Positions 9,043 through 18,914 of a stretch of 64,000 nt of DNA are shown here, piece by piece. The position numbers and the translations under genes are program-made. Every line of letters begins with the position of its first letter. The first letter of the stretch is position 1. This DNA is from Gemmatimonadota bacterium (GTDB lineage: Bacteria > Gemmatimonadota > Gemmatimonadetes > Gemmatimonadales > GWC2-71-9). The notes beneath the pieces are model-generated. The model searched no databases. It saw nothing but the letters and a program-made list of their open reading frames with translations, and was not told where the DNA came from. The DNA lies in NCBI GenBank assembly GCA_039588295.1, contig JBDHAB010000001.1:384001-448000 (forward strand). The letters run 5' to 3'.

Positions 9043-10233
9043 TCATTCGTCTCGCGGTCGGCGGAGTAGGCGGATCGACCAGATTCCGAACGCGGGGCCG
9101 AGCGTGAGGATCGCGAACGCCCACCGCCAACCGATCCCGTCGGCAATGGCAGGCACGAGCTGAATCGTGAGCATGGTGAGGAGGAATCCAAGGGAGGTTT
9201 GCAGTGTCAGCGCCGTTCCCACTGCGTGGGCGGGAACGACCTCGGTGATCATTGCGCTGAACTGTGCTGAATCGGCGATGACAGCGATCCCCCAGAGAAC
9301 AGCGAGCGGCACGAGGAGCCAGAAGCTCGTGCCGAAGACCGCCCCAATTGCGAGAGCACACATGCCACTCACGGTCATGGCCCGGACCACCAGTCGGTCG
9401 TAACCGATACGGTCGGCAACCCAGCCGCCCCATACACATCCGAGCCCGCCCAGGGCGATGGCGACGAATGCCACGAGGTTCACGGTCTCGTCCGGCACTG
9501 CGGGCCCGCCGCGCATCGCGTGATGCGCCGCGCTGGCGGCCAGGAATGCCGGGATCCAAGTCCAGAACGCATAGAGCTCCCACATGTGGCCGAGATATCC
9601 TCCGGTGACGAGCCGCATCTCCCGCTGGCGCAGGACACTCCCAACGAGGTGCCACGAAAAAGGGCGCCGGGGAAAAGGGTACGGGCCGTCGCGGTAGGTG
9701 GTTAGCACGAGCAACGCCGCGAGTGTGGCGCCACCGGAGACGCTGAGGACGACGGGAGCAATCCCCCCCGGTACCCAGGCCCGCATCAAATACGGAGCTG
9801 CCTTCCCGACGGTGAGCGCGCCGACCAACGTGCCGATGGCAAGCCCACGGCCGTGACGGAACCACGTCGCGATCATCTTCATACCGGGAGGATAGACCGC
9901 CGCGAGGCAAAAACCGGTGGCGAACCGGAGCGCAAGTGCAGCACCGTAGCTTGGGGCCAAGGTGAGTGCGGCGTTCGCCATAGCCCCCAGTAATGCGGCG
10001 GACGCGAAGTAGGTTCGGGCGGGAACGACGTCGGCGAGATTCAAGAACGCGGCGGCCGCAGTACCGACGACGAACCCCAATTGCACGACTGTGGTGAGCC
10101 ATCCCGTCTGCCCTCGGTCGAGTGACCAGAGCTGTTGAAACTCGTCGGCCACTGCGTTTGCGGAGAACCACAGGCTCATGCCGAGCAGCTCGGCCAGTGC
10201 GAGCACAACGAGGATGACGAACCGTCGATTCAT
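9043..10233 (-). CDS. MFS transporter
   Basis: About 12 hydrophobic segments; SLWFSA, VYPPGMK, GHMWELYAFW, ADSAQFS. Confidence 0.9.
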   Translation of the reverse strand: MNRRFVILVVLALAELLGMSLWFSANAVADEFQQLWSLDRGQTGWLTTVVQLGFVVGTAAAAFLNLADVVPARTYFASAALLGAMANAALTLAPSYGAALALRFATGFCLAAVYPPGMKMIATWFRHGRGLAIGTLVGALTVGKAAPYLMRAWVPGGIAPVVLSVSGGATLAALLVLTTYRDGPYPFPRRPFSWHLVGSVLRQREMRLVTGGYLGHMWELYAFWTWIPAFLAASAAHHAMRGGPAVPDETVNLVAFVAIALGGLGCVWGGWVADRIGYDRLVVRAMTVSGMCALAIGAVFGTSFWLLVPLAVLWGIAVIADSAQFSAMITEVVPAHAVGTALTLQTSLGFLLTMLTIQLVPAIADGIGWRWAFAILTLGPAFGIWSIRLLRRPRDE

Positions 10234-10306
10234 TCGCGGGGGGTGGGGTGAGGAGGTCGAGGTCGGGTCCTGGCTGAAAGGGTAACGATCGTTCAGGTGC
10301 TCAGTG

Positions 10307-10579
10307 TCAGATCTCCCGCAGCCAGAAGGTCAGAACGGTGAATACGTGACCGGTCGCGGCAGCCAGCATTCCCAAGACGTAGAGTACGCGAGCTACGTCA
10401 TAGCTCGTGACGTGCCAGCTCATGCCGATGAGGAACAGGCCGCCAAAGTACCAAGTCGCACAGCGCACGATAACGATGGCCACGCGCCGCCGCCACGCGC
10501 GGTCTGCTTCGTCCTGCCCGCGGATCCGACCGAGCTCTCTCTCGATGCGCTCGGGGCCCAGTACGAGGAGTCGACCCAT
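10307..10579 (-). CDS. Small hypothetical membrane protein
   Basis: Two hydrophobic helices; RBS AGGAGG upstream. Confidence 0.6.
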   Translation of the reverse strand: MGRLLVLGPERIERELGRIRGQDEADRAWRRRVAIVIVRCATWYFGGLFLIGMSWHVTSYDVARVLYVLGMLAAATGHVFTVLTFWLREI

Positions 10580-10677
10580 TGGACGGGTCCTCCTGCCATG
10601 CTGTAGTGCTGACTCGTGCTGCCGTGCCGAGCGAGTTCAAGTTGCCGCTACCGACCTCACACGCGCAACCGGGCGTA

Positions 10678-11169
10678 TCAGATGGAGTTGCCGGAACGCG
10701 GTATCCACTCCAGGACGGGCAGCGATCGCGGTACTCCATCCGTCGTGGCATCGACGACGCCGATGCGGCGGGCTCCCATTCTCACGTAGAAGCCCTCGGC
10801 ATTCGGATCGGACTCGATACGGATCGGTGCTCGCCGGAGCCTGAGCACTACGCGGAGTGCGTGCTGAAAGAGGCGACGGCCGACGCCTCGTCTCACGTAG
10901 TCCGGTCGCACCCACAGGTGGTCGAGATCCCAAAATGGCTCGAGATCCTGGAAGGCGCAGAAGCCGACGAGCGCGTCCTGGTGTTGGGCCACAAACACTT
11001 CGTTCGTTTCGATATACGCTGGCGTGACGGTGAGCAGCCCACGCCACTGATCGAGCCATCGAGGCGGGTAGCCCCACAGAGCCTTGGCAGCCATCGCGAT
11101 CTCGGTGAGGAGCGCGGCGTCGTGTGGCGTGGCACGACGGATCCGGAGGTCGATCACTGCGAGGGCCAC
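10678..11169 (-). CDS. GNAT N-acetyltransferase
   Basis: AKALWGY, LDHLWV.P...RRGVGRRL, SDPNAEGFY. Confidence 0.88.
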   Translation of the reverse strand: MALAVIDLRIRRATPHDAALLTEIAMAAKALWGYPPRWLDQWRGLLTVTPAYIETNEVFVAQHQDALVGFCAFQDLEPFWDLDHLWVRPDYVRRGVGRRLFQHALRVVLRLRRAPIRIESDPNAEGFYVRMGARRIGVVDATTDGVPRSLPVLEWIPRSGNSI

Positions 11170-11184
11170 GAAGCTTCGAGCGAT

Positions 11185-11733
11185 CTACCTGACGCGGCGA
11201 TACGGGAATTCCAACTCGTGCACGCTGCCGTCATTTCGATGACTGGCGACGAATACATGGAGCCTGTCTTCGTCGCTGCGTCGGAAGGTCATGCCATCGA
11301 AGTACGCCTCGTTCGCGGTCAGGCGTACGAGCCGGAATTCGACTGTCTCGTCCTGTGCCTCCCAACCGGTGAGATCGGGATTGAAGTGCTTCAGCCGGAG
11401 GATCAGGCTCCCAGCTTCCTCCACGATGGTCAGCAATTCGTAAAACCTCACTGATTCGCCGTTGAGCAGGCGATACATGCCCATCATGGTGCCGCCGAGT
11501 GGTGGGCTCCACACCTCCTCGGCAGTGCCACCGAGTGCCTCGCCTCTCCAGTGGCCTGCGATCCACGCTACATCGACAATGGCTGCGGCGGGCCTGGCGG
11601 TGGGGTCGTCGAGTGTCACGATGTTGGCGGTGAGCGCGGACTGACCGAGCGCGGACGGCGTCACACCGGAACAAGCTGCGAGAAGGAGCGCGGTGATCTG
11701 GAACGTTGATCGTGGGGTCACGAACCGTAGCAT
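11185..11733 (-). CDS. DUF6265-like exported protein
   Basis: Signal/lipobox; WIAGHWRG....EEVWSPP.GG.MMG, LKHF..DL.GWE. Confidence 0.7.
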   Translation of the reverse strand: MLRFVTPRSTFQITALLLAACSGVTPSALGQSALTANIVTLDDPTARPAAAIVDVAWIAGHWRGEALGGTAEEVWSPPLGGTMMGMYRLLNGESVRFYELLTIVEEAGSLILRLKHFNPDLTGWEAQDETVEFRLVRLTANEAYFDGMTFRRSDEDRLHVFVASHRNDGSVHELEFPYRRVR

Positions 11734-11803
11734 CTGAGATACCTCCGATTGTGCTGTGTTGATGGACTACCCCCGCGATGCTTCCGAGTGCCGCTGCACC
11801 TGT

Positions 11804-12004
11804 CTAGTCATGATGATCTGCTGGCCGCAGGTTCTCTGCTCCGGGGAGCCGACCGACCAGTCTCGCAGGATCGTGGATCAGTACGGGAAGGTGCTGCGGG
11901 CAGATCTGCAGGGTATTCCCCCGATATTCAAAGGTAAGCAGCGGAACGGAATCCGAGCCGCTTCCGCAGGCAAGGCATCTCTTAGTGGTCGCTTGATCGT
12001 TCAT
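11804..12004 (-). CDS. Small Cys/His putative metal-binding protein
   Basis: CLAC ... ICPQHLP.LIH.P; RBS GGAG before MNDQ. Confidence 0.65.
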   Translation of the reverse strand: MNDQATTKRCLACGSGSDSVPLLTFEYRGNTLQICPQHLPVLIHDPARLVGRLPGAENLRPADHHD

Positions 12005-12018
12005 GTCGCTCTCCATAA

Positions 12019-12525
12019 TCAGAATCGGCGCTCGTACCACCCGACATTCCAGAACTTTCCGAACTTCCAGCCGGCTTCGTCGAAGGTACCGACATGACGA
12101 AAGCCGAACCGTTCGTGGAATGCGATGGACTCCGGATTCGGCAAGGCGATCCCGGCATAGGCGCGGTGGACGCTCTCGGCCGCGAGGGTGTTGAACAACG
12201 CCGCGTACAGCCGAGTCCCGATGCCTCGACGGATGGAATGCGGATCGAGGTACACGGTCGTTTCAACCGACGTTGCGTATGCTGGTTTTGGACGGATCGG
12301 CGTGCTCGTCGCGTACCCGACGACTCCCGCACCGGTCTCAGCTACCAGCAGCCGCTGTCGTCCCGCGTGGCGAAATCCGGCAAACCAATCCTCCCGTTCG
12401 TCTGCGGTGAATGGCTCGAGATCGAACGTGACATGTGAGGTCCGCACGTAGTGGTTGTAGATGGTTACCAGATCGGGAAGATCACGATGCTCACCGATGC
12501 GCATGTTCACGGACTCGTTCGTCAC
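12019..12525 (-). CDS. GNAT acetyltransferase (phosphinothricin acetyltransferase/YncA-like)
   Basis: IYNHYV, AY..SVETTVYL, GIALPN..SIAFHERFGF, GWKFG. Confidence 0.88.
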   Translation of the reverse strand: MTNESVNMRIGEHRDLPDLVTIYNHYVRTSHVTFDLEPFTADEREDWFAGFRHAGRQRLLVAETGAGVVGYATSTPIRPKPAYATSVETTVYLDPHSIRRGIGTRLYAALFNTLAAESVHRAYAGIALPNPESIAFHERFGFRHVGTFDEAGWKFGKFWNVGWYERRF

Positions 12526-12570
12526 GATGCGATTTGCGAATTGGTTGAGGCTTCGTCGGTCGCGCTCGCC

Positions 12571-13719
12571 TTACCAAACGACGAACACCCCGACCTCGCC
12601 GCCAAACTCGTCCCGTTCGACCCGCGCGCCCTGTGGGACCAACCAAGGACCGCCGTCGACACGAACGTTGAGGCGATGGACACCTGGCACAATGGAGGTT
12701 TGAAGCTCCCATCGGCCGCCGTCAAGGTCACGCATCGTAACGGGATGCCAATCTGTGAAGTCTGCCATGATCTCCACGGTACGCGCAGTGGCTGCATGCA
12801 CGCGAATCGTCCGTTGGCTGTCCGAGTAGGAGATCAGTTCGATTCGCACCGTCGCTGGGGACAACGGTAGCCGGAATTCCTCAGGCGGTTGCCGTAGCAG
12901 TCGAGAGATTCGCGGCGGAGGGCGCTGTCCCACCGTAAACGCTCTGAACTGCAGGCCGGCGCTGAGATACCGCCCGGCGAGCACACCGCGGGCCGGATCG
13001 GACGGATAGCGGCCACCACTCACGAGCACCGCGACGCGTCTTCCGACAGCCGCTCGAGCACTGACTTCTCCATAGACCCCGCGTCCGCCCCCACGACTCC
13101 ACGTCCGTACGCCTGTCGAGCCGTCGAATTCCACCGAGGCAAGGGTCCAGCGGGCGCGTCCTTCGATATCGAGGTATGCGGTGTCGCCCACCCAGGTACG
13201 TTGGACGTGTGCGCCGAGTGTGAAGATCCGCGGGGTGACCCACGCGCCCAGACCTACGCCGGAGACGGATCGGGTGGTTGGACCGAGAAATGTTGCGCCG
13301 GCGGTGCCGCCGACCCACATACCGTACCCTCTCCCGATGGCGTGCGCTCGGCCGCGCGCGAGGGCGTGGCCGGAGCGCGGGAAATCGGCATACGTGCCGA
13401 TTCCAGCCGTCCCCGAAACTTCACCGCGAAGTCGGCCGATGCGCGGTGTGAGTGCGGCCCCGAACACGGACCCTTGAAGCACGGTGTTGCCGCTCTCGAA
13501 TACGAGATACGTCCCCTGAACCGCCAGCATCGCGTTGGGAGCTTCGAAGCGGAGGGACGGGGTCGCGAAGGCGGCCCCTGACGCAAGGAACCCCTCAACG
13601 CTGACCGTCGAGACACCGACGTCGACCGTCCCGGTGGTCTGTGCGGCGAGCGCCGGCACGCAGGTGAGGTACAACACCGCTCTGGCCGCTTTGGCGGCGC
13701 GCCGGCGGCTTCGCGTCAC
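12571..13719 (-). CDS. Exported beta-strand-rich (probable outer-membrane) protein with C-terminal CBM48/AMPK-type glycogen-binding domain
   Basis: Signal peptide ALAAQ; alternating amphipathic beta strands; C-term VEIMADFTDW....PGVHR.NVRVDGG.W....DEFGG. Confidence 0.75.
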   Translation of the reverse strand: MTRSRRRAAKAARAVLYLTCVPALAAQTTGTVDVGVSTVSVEGFLASGAAFATPSLRFEAPNAMLAVQGTYLVFESGNTVLQGSVFGAALTPRIGRLRGEVSGTAGIGTYADFPRSGHALARGRAHAIGRGYGMWVGGTAGATFLGPTTRSVSGVGLGAWVTPRIFTLGAHVQRTWVGDTAYLDIEGRARWTLASVEFDGSTGVRTWSRGGGRGVYGEVSARAAVGRRVAVLVSGGRYPSDPARGVLAGRYLSAGLQFRAFTVGQRPPPRISRLLRQPPEEFRLPLSPATVRIELISYSDSQRTIRVHAATARTVEIMADFTDWHPVTMRDLDGGRWELQTSIVPGVHRLNVRVDGGPWLVPQGARVERDEFGGEVGVFVVW

Positions 13720-13733
13720 AGGACGCGCGACAC

Positions 13734-14387
13734 CTAAGGTTTCCGGGGCCTCTGCGCCCCCTGTTGCGTAGCTGAGAGATCGGCCTCTGCGGCGGTCCCG
13801 GGCAGTCGCAACGCCAGCGCCGCCTCAGGGGCAGCCCCGAGTGCGATGTCCCGCTCGACATCCCGGCGGAAGGCGAGGTACAAGTCGTCCTCGGCGTTCA
13901 CTGCCAGTGCAAGGACCGCCTCGGTAGCCGTCTCGGCCGGCACACCCGCGGCGACCAGGTCGGCCAATACGGCCGCGGCGATCGTCAGTGACCGCGGCTG
14001 ACGCAGCGTGCGGAGCCGGGACAGGTCAGTAGGTGCAGCTCCTGCATGAAGTGCGCTGGCGCCGGCGGTGACCTCGGCGCCGGTGGAGCGTGGCCCGAGG
14101 GCGTCGTGTGCTGTGCGGAGTTCATCCACCAGCCTGCGCACGGCGAGCAGGATGCGATCTCCGGGAGCGCGTTTGCTGGCTCCTTCGAGTGCACGGTCCA
14201 CGAGTGGCTCCGTGGGCAATCCAGCGGCGCGCGCCGAGTCCAGCAGGAGATCGATCTGCACACGGACCGGATCGGACACTCTCCCTACCAGTCGTGGCTC
14301 TTGGCCGTGCGCCTGTAGCGCACCGAGCCCGAGCCATCCGGCAGCGAGGGCGATCGTGACACTCAGATGGCGCATTCGATACATCAT
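13734..14387 (-). CDS. Exported alpha-helical hypothetical protein
   Basis: ATG overlaps upstream stop (ATGA); signal peptide LQAHG; GLPTEPLVDRALEG.SKR. Confidence 0.7.
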   Translation of the reverse strand: MMYRMRHLSVTIALAAGWLGLGALQAHGQEPRLVGRVSDPVRVQIDLLLDSARAAGLPTEPLVDRALEGASKRAPGDRILLAVRRLVDELRTAHDALGPRSTGAEVTAGASALHAGAAPTDLSRLRTLRQPRSLTIAAAVLADLVAAGVPAETATEAVLALAVNAEDDLYLAFRRDVERDIALGAAPEAALALRLPGTAAEADLSATQQGAQRPRKP

Positions 14388-14950
14388 GAACCTCCCACGG
14401 TCACGACCGATCCGGGGAGACCGAAGTCCGAGTCGGGTGCCGGAGGCGCAGAGGGGTCGGCCAACCAGGTCTCGCCGTCCACCAGGAACGCGTACCGATA
14501 CCGGCCCGGTGCTAGAGGAACGGTAATCGACCAAACGCCGTTTCTGCGAACCGGCTGCATTGGGGTCGCAGAGAAATCCCAGTCGTTGAAGTCACCGACG
14601 AGGGAAACCGACCCGGCATTCTGTGCAACGATGACGAACTGAATGACCGCGGAATCGGACAAACTCCCCAGGGTAGCTCCTCCCACCGAACCAGGTGTCG
14701 GAGGGAACAGGAGTCGGCTGCCGACCACCAAGACAACGAGGCTCGCGGCCACAGCCAGTCCCCCCAGAGGAGTCACGGTGAGCGGGCGTCCCGTCCGCAG
14801 CCAGCGAATGACTCCGAGCACCCCGCGGCTCTTGGCTGGATACGCCTCTATCTCAGCCATGACCCGCGCATCCAGCGCCGGATCGATCCGTACTGGCTCT
14901 TTCAGGCTGGTTGTGACCCGTTCCACCAGATCGTCATGGAGTTCAGGCAC
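14384..14950 (-). CDS. Putative anti-sigma factor with TM helix and CBM48/AMPK-type glycogen-binding domain
   Basis: N-term LDARVMAEI, TM LAVAASLVVLVVG, then SVSLVGDFNDW...GVWSITVPL.PGRYRYAFLVDG..W..DP. Confidence 0.82.
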   Translation of the reverse strand: MPELHDDLVERVTTSLKEPVRIDPALDARVMAEIEAYPAKSRGVLGVIRWLRTGRPLTVTPLGGLAVAASLVVLVVGSRLLFPPTPGSVGGATLGSLSDSAVIQFVIVAQNAGSVSLVGDFNDWDFSATPMQPVRRNGVWSITVPLAPGRYRYAFLVDGETWLADPSAPPAPDSDFGLPGSVVTVGGS

Positions 14951-15503
14951 GTTCGACCTCCACCAGGATTCGCCTCAGTTCCTCTCGAGCTCGCAGGACC
15001 CGCATCTTCAACGCCGACACACTCGCGCCTGTTAACTCGGCCATCTCTTCGTAGCTCAGTTCCTCGACATGCTTGAGCAGGAACGCCTCACGGTTCGGCG
15101 GAGCCAACTGGGCCAATGCACGCTCGATCTCCTCCCGCCACGCGAAGCGGTCCGCCGCATCACCGACTGAGGCCCGTGCGAGCGCCGTCTCGTCCCGTAC
15201 CAGCACCCGATCCCGCCGCGCGCGTTGCGCCCCATGTGTGCGGCAACGGTTCACGAGAATCCCGAACATCCATGCCCCGTATCGTTCGGGATCCGTGCAC
15301 CGGTTCAAGGATCGGTACCCCCGGACGAACGTGTCCTGCAAGGCTTCCTCGGCGTCCGCCAGGTTGCCGAGCATGCGGAGGGCGTAGCGACCCAGTCGGT
15401 CCCGATACCGGGCGACGAGCGTGGCGTACGCGCGGGTGTCGCCGGCCAGGACACGTCGTACGACCGCGCCATCGCTCGGCTCCTTCACATTGTGCATACC
15501 CAT
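14943..15503 (-). CDS. ECF RNA polymerase sigma factor
   Basis: DAEEALQDTF region 2, WMFGILVN.CR, REAFLLK..EELSYEEMAEL.G..VSALKMRV.RAR region 4. Confidence 0.92.
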   Translation of the reverse strand: MGMHNVKEPSDGAVVRRVLAGDTRAYATLVARYRDRLGRYALRMLGNLADAEEALQDTFVRGYRSLNRCTDPERYGAWMFGILVNRCRTHGAQRARRDRVLVRDETALARASVGDAADRFAWREEIERALAQLAPPNREAFLLKHVEELSYEEMAELTGASVSALKMRVLRAREELRRILVEVERA

Positions 15504-15629
15504 GCTCTTGATACACCGTCACATACAGCTATCGATCCCTGCGTGACCCCGGAAGCTCCTGCAAGGTATGGACGATGTCGAAGGCCGCGACGGTTCGAGC
15601 CGTATCGGGAAAGTCGGATGGAAGGGTCT

Positions 15630-17042
15630 ATGAGACGCAAATTGCTCGCGATCTCCCTCGGAATCGCCGTGGCAGGGGTGGGCTGCTACCAGGATGAGTT
15701 GGGCCCAAGCCGCTTCGGCACCGCGACGCAGGTGTTGTTGACAGACGCGCCGTTCCCATTCGAGCTCGTCGATCGGGTGGAAGTGTACGTCGTAGAGGTG
15801 GCGGCGTCCACCGTCGCCGACACCGTACCCGGCCAGCAGGAGTGGGTGACCATCACGACGCCTCGGAGGCGCTTTGACCTGCTCGCCGTCCAGCAGGCCC
15901 AGACGGTGCTGGTCGGGGAGGGGGTTCTCCCCGCTGGCGACTATCGCGCTGTGCGTCTCACCGTCGACGGCGACTCGTCACGCCTCGTGATGCGAGACGG
16001 TCGCGATGCGACGGTCCACTGGCCGGTGGCCGGCGAATTCTCGACCTTCGCGCTCGTCGAGGCCCCGCTCGCCGTCACCGACTCCGGTACGCAGATCGTC
16101 ATCGACTTCGACGTGGGAAGGAGCTTTGCCTATCCGCTCTTTAACCCTGCGTTCGATTTCCTCTTCGTCCCGCACATCCGGGCCGTCAACGCCGCTGCGA
16201 CCGGATCACTGACAGGTGTGGTGCAAGGGGATATCGACGGCGACGGCTCGCCTGAGCCGGTTGAGAACGCGTCGGTCACGGTCTACCGTGGCGACCCGGC
16301 CCAACCATCGTTCTCATGGTGGGTTGCCGCAACGGGCCATTCCGATCAACGAGGAGCGTACACGGTTGGGTTTCTGCTCGGTGGTTCCTACATCGTTCAG
16401 GTTGACGCCCCCGGATCGGTGCACCTCGGTTCGGTCTCGAGTCCCGATGTCGCTATCACTCCGGGGATGGCGACCACCCACTCCGTGACGCTTCCGCAGT
16501 TCGATGCATCGTCAATCGTCATCGAGGGAACGCTCGGTGTGGCCGTCGGTGCGAGCACCGCGCTCCAAGCCATCGTACGTGACACGCAGGGGGTGGTGGT
16601 GGCCAACCCGCTTGTGCGATGGCAGAGCCTCAATCCGGCAGTCGCCACCGTGAACGATCTCGGCGAGTATGGCGTGGTCTCCGGTCTGACGCCCGGGATC
16701 GCGCCGATCGTCGCGACGAGTCTCGGCCTGAGCGATTCCGTGGATGTGATCGTTGGGACCGGAGCCGACACGACATCGGTTGCGTCAGTGACCGTGACGC
16801 CGGCCACACTCACGCTGGCGGTTGGGGACAGCGCCGTCGTGACGGCGATTGTGACGGATGCAGCTGGAAACGTGCTCGCGAGCCGAGCAATTACGTGGAC
16901 GACAAGCGATTCCTCGGTCGTGCAGATCATGGACACGGCGGGTGCCCAAGGGTATCTGCGGGCGACGGGCGTCGGAAGTGCCAGCGTAAGTGCTACCAGC
17001 GAAGCCACAACCGGCTCGGCCGCCGTCACGGTAGGTACCTAG
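15630..17042 (+). CDS. DUF4382 domain lipoprotein with carboxypeptidase-regulatory-like and Ig-like (Big_2) domains
   Basis: Lipobox GVGC; VLLTDAPFP, LPAGDY..VRL, IVIDFDVGRS; two VTVTP / WTTSDSSVV-type Ig repeats. Confidence 0.8.
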   Translation: MRRKLLAISLGIAVAGVGCYQDELGPSRFGTATQVLLTDAPFPFELVDRVEVYVVEVAASTVADTVPGQQEWVTITTPRRRFDLLAVQQAQTVLVGEGVLPAGDYRAVRLTVDGDSSRLVMRDGRDATVHWPVAGEFSTFALVEAPLAVTDSGTQIVIDFDVGRSFAYPLFNPAFDFLFVPHIRAVNAAATGSLTGVVQGDIDGDGSPEPVENASVTVYRGDPAQPSFSWWVAATGHSDQRGAYTVGFLLGGSYIVQVDAPGSVHLGSVSSPDVAITPGMATTHSVTLPQFDASSIVIEGTLGVAVGASTALQAIVRDTQGVVVANPLVRWQSLNPAVATVNDLGEYGVVSGLTPGIAPIVATSLGLSDSVDVIVGTGADTTSVASVTVTPATLTLAVGDSAVVTAIVTDAAGNVLASRAITWTTSDSSVVQIMDTAGAQGYLRATGVGSASVSATSEATTGSAAVTVGT

Positions 17043-17076
17043 CTCCGCGTACAGGGTCGGGGTCGACGTCGGACCC

Positions 17077-17745
17077 CTAGCGTGCCACTGGAAGCTGGTG
17101 GGCGAGAAACCCGGCGCGCAAACCGGACACCATTACGACAACCGCCACTATCTGGACCAGATGGAACACTCCGTTGTGATCCAGCGGCCAGATGATCTCG
17201 AGCGAGATGGACCCACTCGCCTGAATCGCCGCGGCCAAGATGTTGAGCGCAATCGCCACGGCGATGACACCACTGCCGGGCAGCCGTCGTCGGACGGCCA
17301 GCACGGAGTACACGGTCAGTGCTGCGATCATCGCGGCGGCCTCGTACACGACGAACACCAAGAAACTGCCTACAAACAGCCGGGTGGCACCGAAGAACCC
17401 GATGGCAATTACGATCATGATCGGGACCATCCGCCGCGCGAAGTGCCGGCCTTTCCAGTCGTAGGCCGCTGCAACAACGAAGAGCGCCACCACTAGGCCG
17501 AGGCACAGGTAGAGGGGCTGCCACAGGGCGTCCCGTGCGCTTGGTGCCAGTTGGATTCCGTGCGCTACTGCCCCCAGGACGCTGGCGAACCCCAGCAGTC
17601 CGAATACCCACGACCAGATGGCGACGCGCCACGGATCTCGATCCGAGAAACGTCTGAGGTAGCCAACGCAGGCAATGGCGAGTAGCCCCAGCAGCACGTC
17701 GGTCGCTGCTGTCGTGAGCTCCGTCGGTACCGGGTTGAAGGACAT
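17077..17745 (-). CDS. Multi-pass membrane protein (DUF6962-like)
   Basis: TE.TTAATD, LGAVAHG, DHNGVFHLVQ; about 7 TM. Confidence 0.65.
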   Translation of the reverse strand: MSFNPVPTELTTAATDVLLGLLAIACVGYLRRFSDRDPWRVAIWSWVFGLLGFASVLGAVAHGIQLAPSARDALWQPLYLCLGLVVALFVVAAAYDWKGRHFARRMVPIMIVIAIGFFGATRLFVGSFLVFVVYEAAAMIAALTVYSVLAVRRRLPGSGVIAVAIALNILAAAIQASGSISLEIIWPLDHNGVFHLVQIVAVVVMVSGLRAGFLAHQLPVAR

Positions 17746-17964
17746 GGTGGTGATCGCTCTATCGTTTGACGAATCGTTGAGTGTACTTCGTCCAATTCCC
17801 AAACCGCTCACTGCGGTCGAATCCCGTTGAGTCTGCAAGCTTGCACAGGGTCCGGTGCCGCACATAGGCAGGGTCGGGCATTCCCTCCGTCACCGCTAGG
17901 ATCCCGCTAGGCCGCAGGGTCCGCCGACAGTCGCCAATCGTCTTGTGCACAGTCGAAACCTTTA

Positions 17965-18249
17965 CTACGGGTTCGGCAACCGGCGGCCCTTCCAGTTCCA
18001 CCACTTGAGCAACGATGGCTCGTGGTTCGCAGTGCTCGCGAAGTACACCGCCGTCCGGAAGACGTAGAGCACGCACGGATCCACCCGGGTTCCGCGGAGT
18101 GCGCACACCTGTTTGTACAGTGCCTCCGGGTCTTGGCCCTCGAGGTCCTCGACCCGCGCGAATCCCAGATCCCGAAGATCGCGTGCGATGCTCGGTCCGA
18201 CACCGGGAATCGTCTGCAGGTCACTCTCGGTGCTCAGTGGGCCGCTCAC
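17965..18249 (-). CDS. Helix-hairpin-helix (Cdd1-like) protein
   Basis: LQTIPGVGPSIARDL, DPCVLYVFR.AVYFA, KWWNWK; GTGA overlap with upstream stop. Confidence 0.85.
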   Translation of the reverse strand: MSGPLSTESDLQTIPGVGPSIARDLRDLGFARVEDLEGQDPEALYKQVCALRGTRVDPCVLYVFRTAVYFASTANHEPSLLKWWNWKGRRLPNP

Positions 18250-18701
18250 GCGTCCGCCTTCGGCTTGCTGCTGAGCATGCCTGCACCGATGAGCACGCCT
18301 ACCGCCCCCAACACCGGATTGAGGAGTGCGATCCAGGTCGGCTGTCGGGCGTTCTGCATAGCTTCGGTCATGCTGACCTCGACGGGACGCGGTTCGGGCG
18401 TTTCGTCGGATTGGGTCAACACCGGGATGGCCATGACCAGCCCCAGAATCACGACTACTGCAGCGAGTATCTGTGGACCGCTCGCCTTCTTGGCCAGCGC
18501 CGCGCAGGCCATCCCGCCAAGCACGGCACTCAAGATGGTCAGGACGATACTGAAGACGAGCCAAGTACCAGAGATTTCCCACGAACCGGGCTTGTAGGCC
18601 CCGTCCGTACCGAGAATCATCCACAAGATCGTGAACGTCACGAACACGAACGCCGCCATCACGAGGTACCCGATGACAACACTGCCGATCAATCGTCCCA
18701 T
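18246..18701 (-). CDS. Hypothetical membrane protein
   Basis: Four hydrophobic helices; RBS AGGAG. Confidence 0.7.
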   Translation of the reverse strand: MGRLIGSVVIGYLVMAAFVFVTFTILWMILGTDGAYKPGSWEISGTWLVFSIVLTILSAVLGGMACAALAKKASGPQILAAVVVILGLVMAIPVLTQSDETPEPRPVEVSMTEAMQNARQPTWIALLNPVLGAVGVLIGAGMLSSKPKADA

Positions 18702-18769
18702 GCCTGCTCTCCTGTCTTCGAACGTTGCGTGATAGAGCCGTGGATGGCCGGACTCAGTAGTGTCGGGAT

Positions 18770-18846
18770 TCAGCTGGCGTACTCGTCGGCGCCAAGAACG
18801 TGCAGCGAGACGTAGGGCTCATCCCCAACGACCCAGCTATCGTGGC
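18770..18846 (-). pseudogene. C-terminal remnant of a cupin-domain gene
   Basis: GHDSWVVGDEPYVSLHVLGADEYAS* with no credible N-terminus. Confidence 0.6.
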
Positions 18847-18914
18847 CTTGATGATCGCATGCACGGTGTTGCTCCGCTGTAGCGAGTCGAATTGGGTTCG
18901 GGAGTCTGGTGAAC

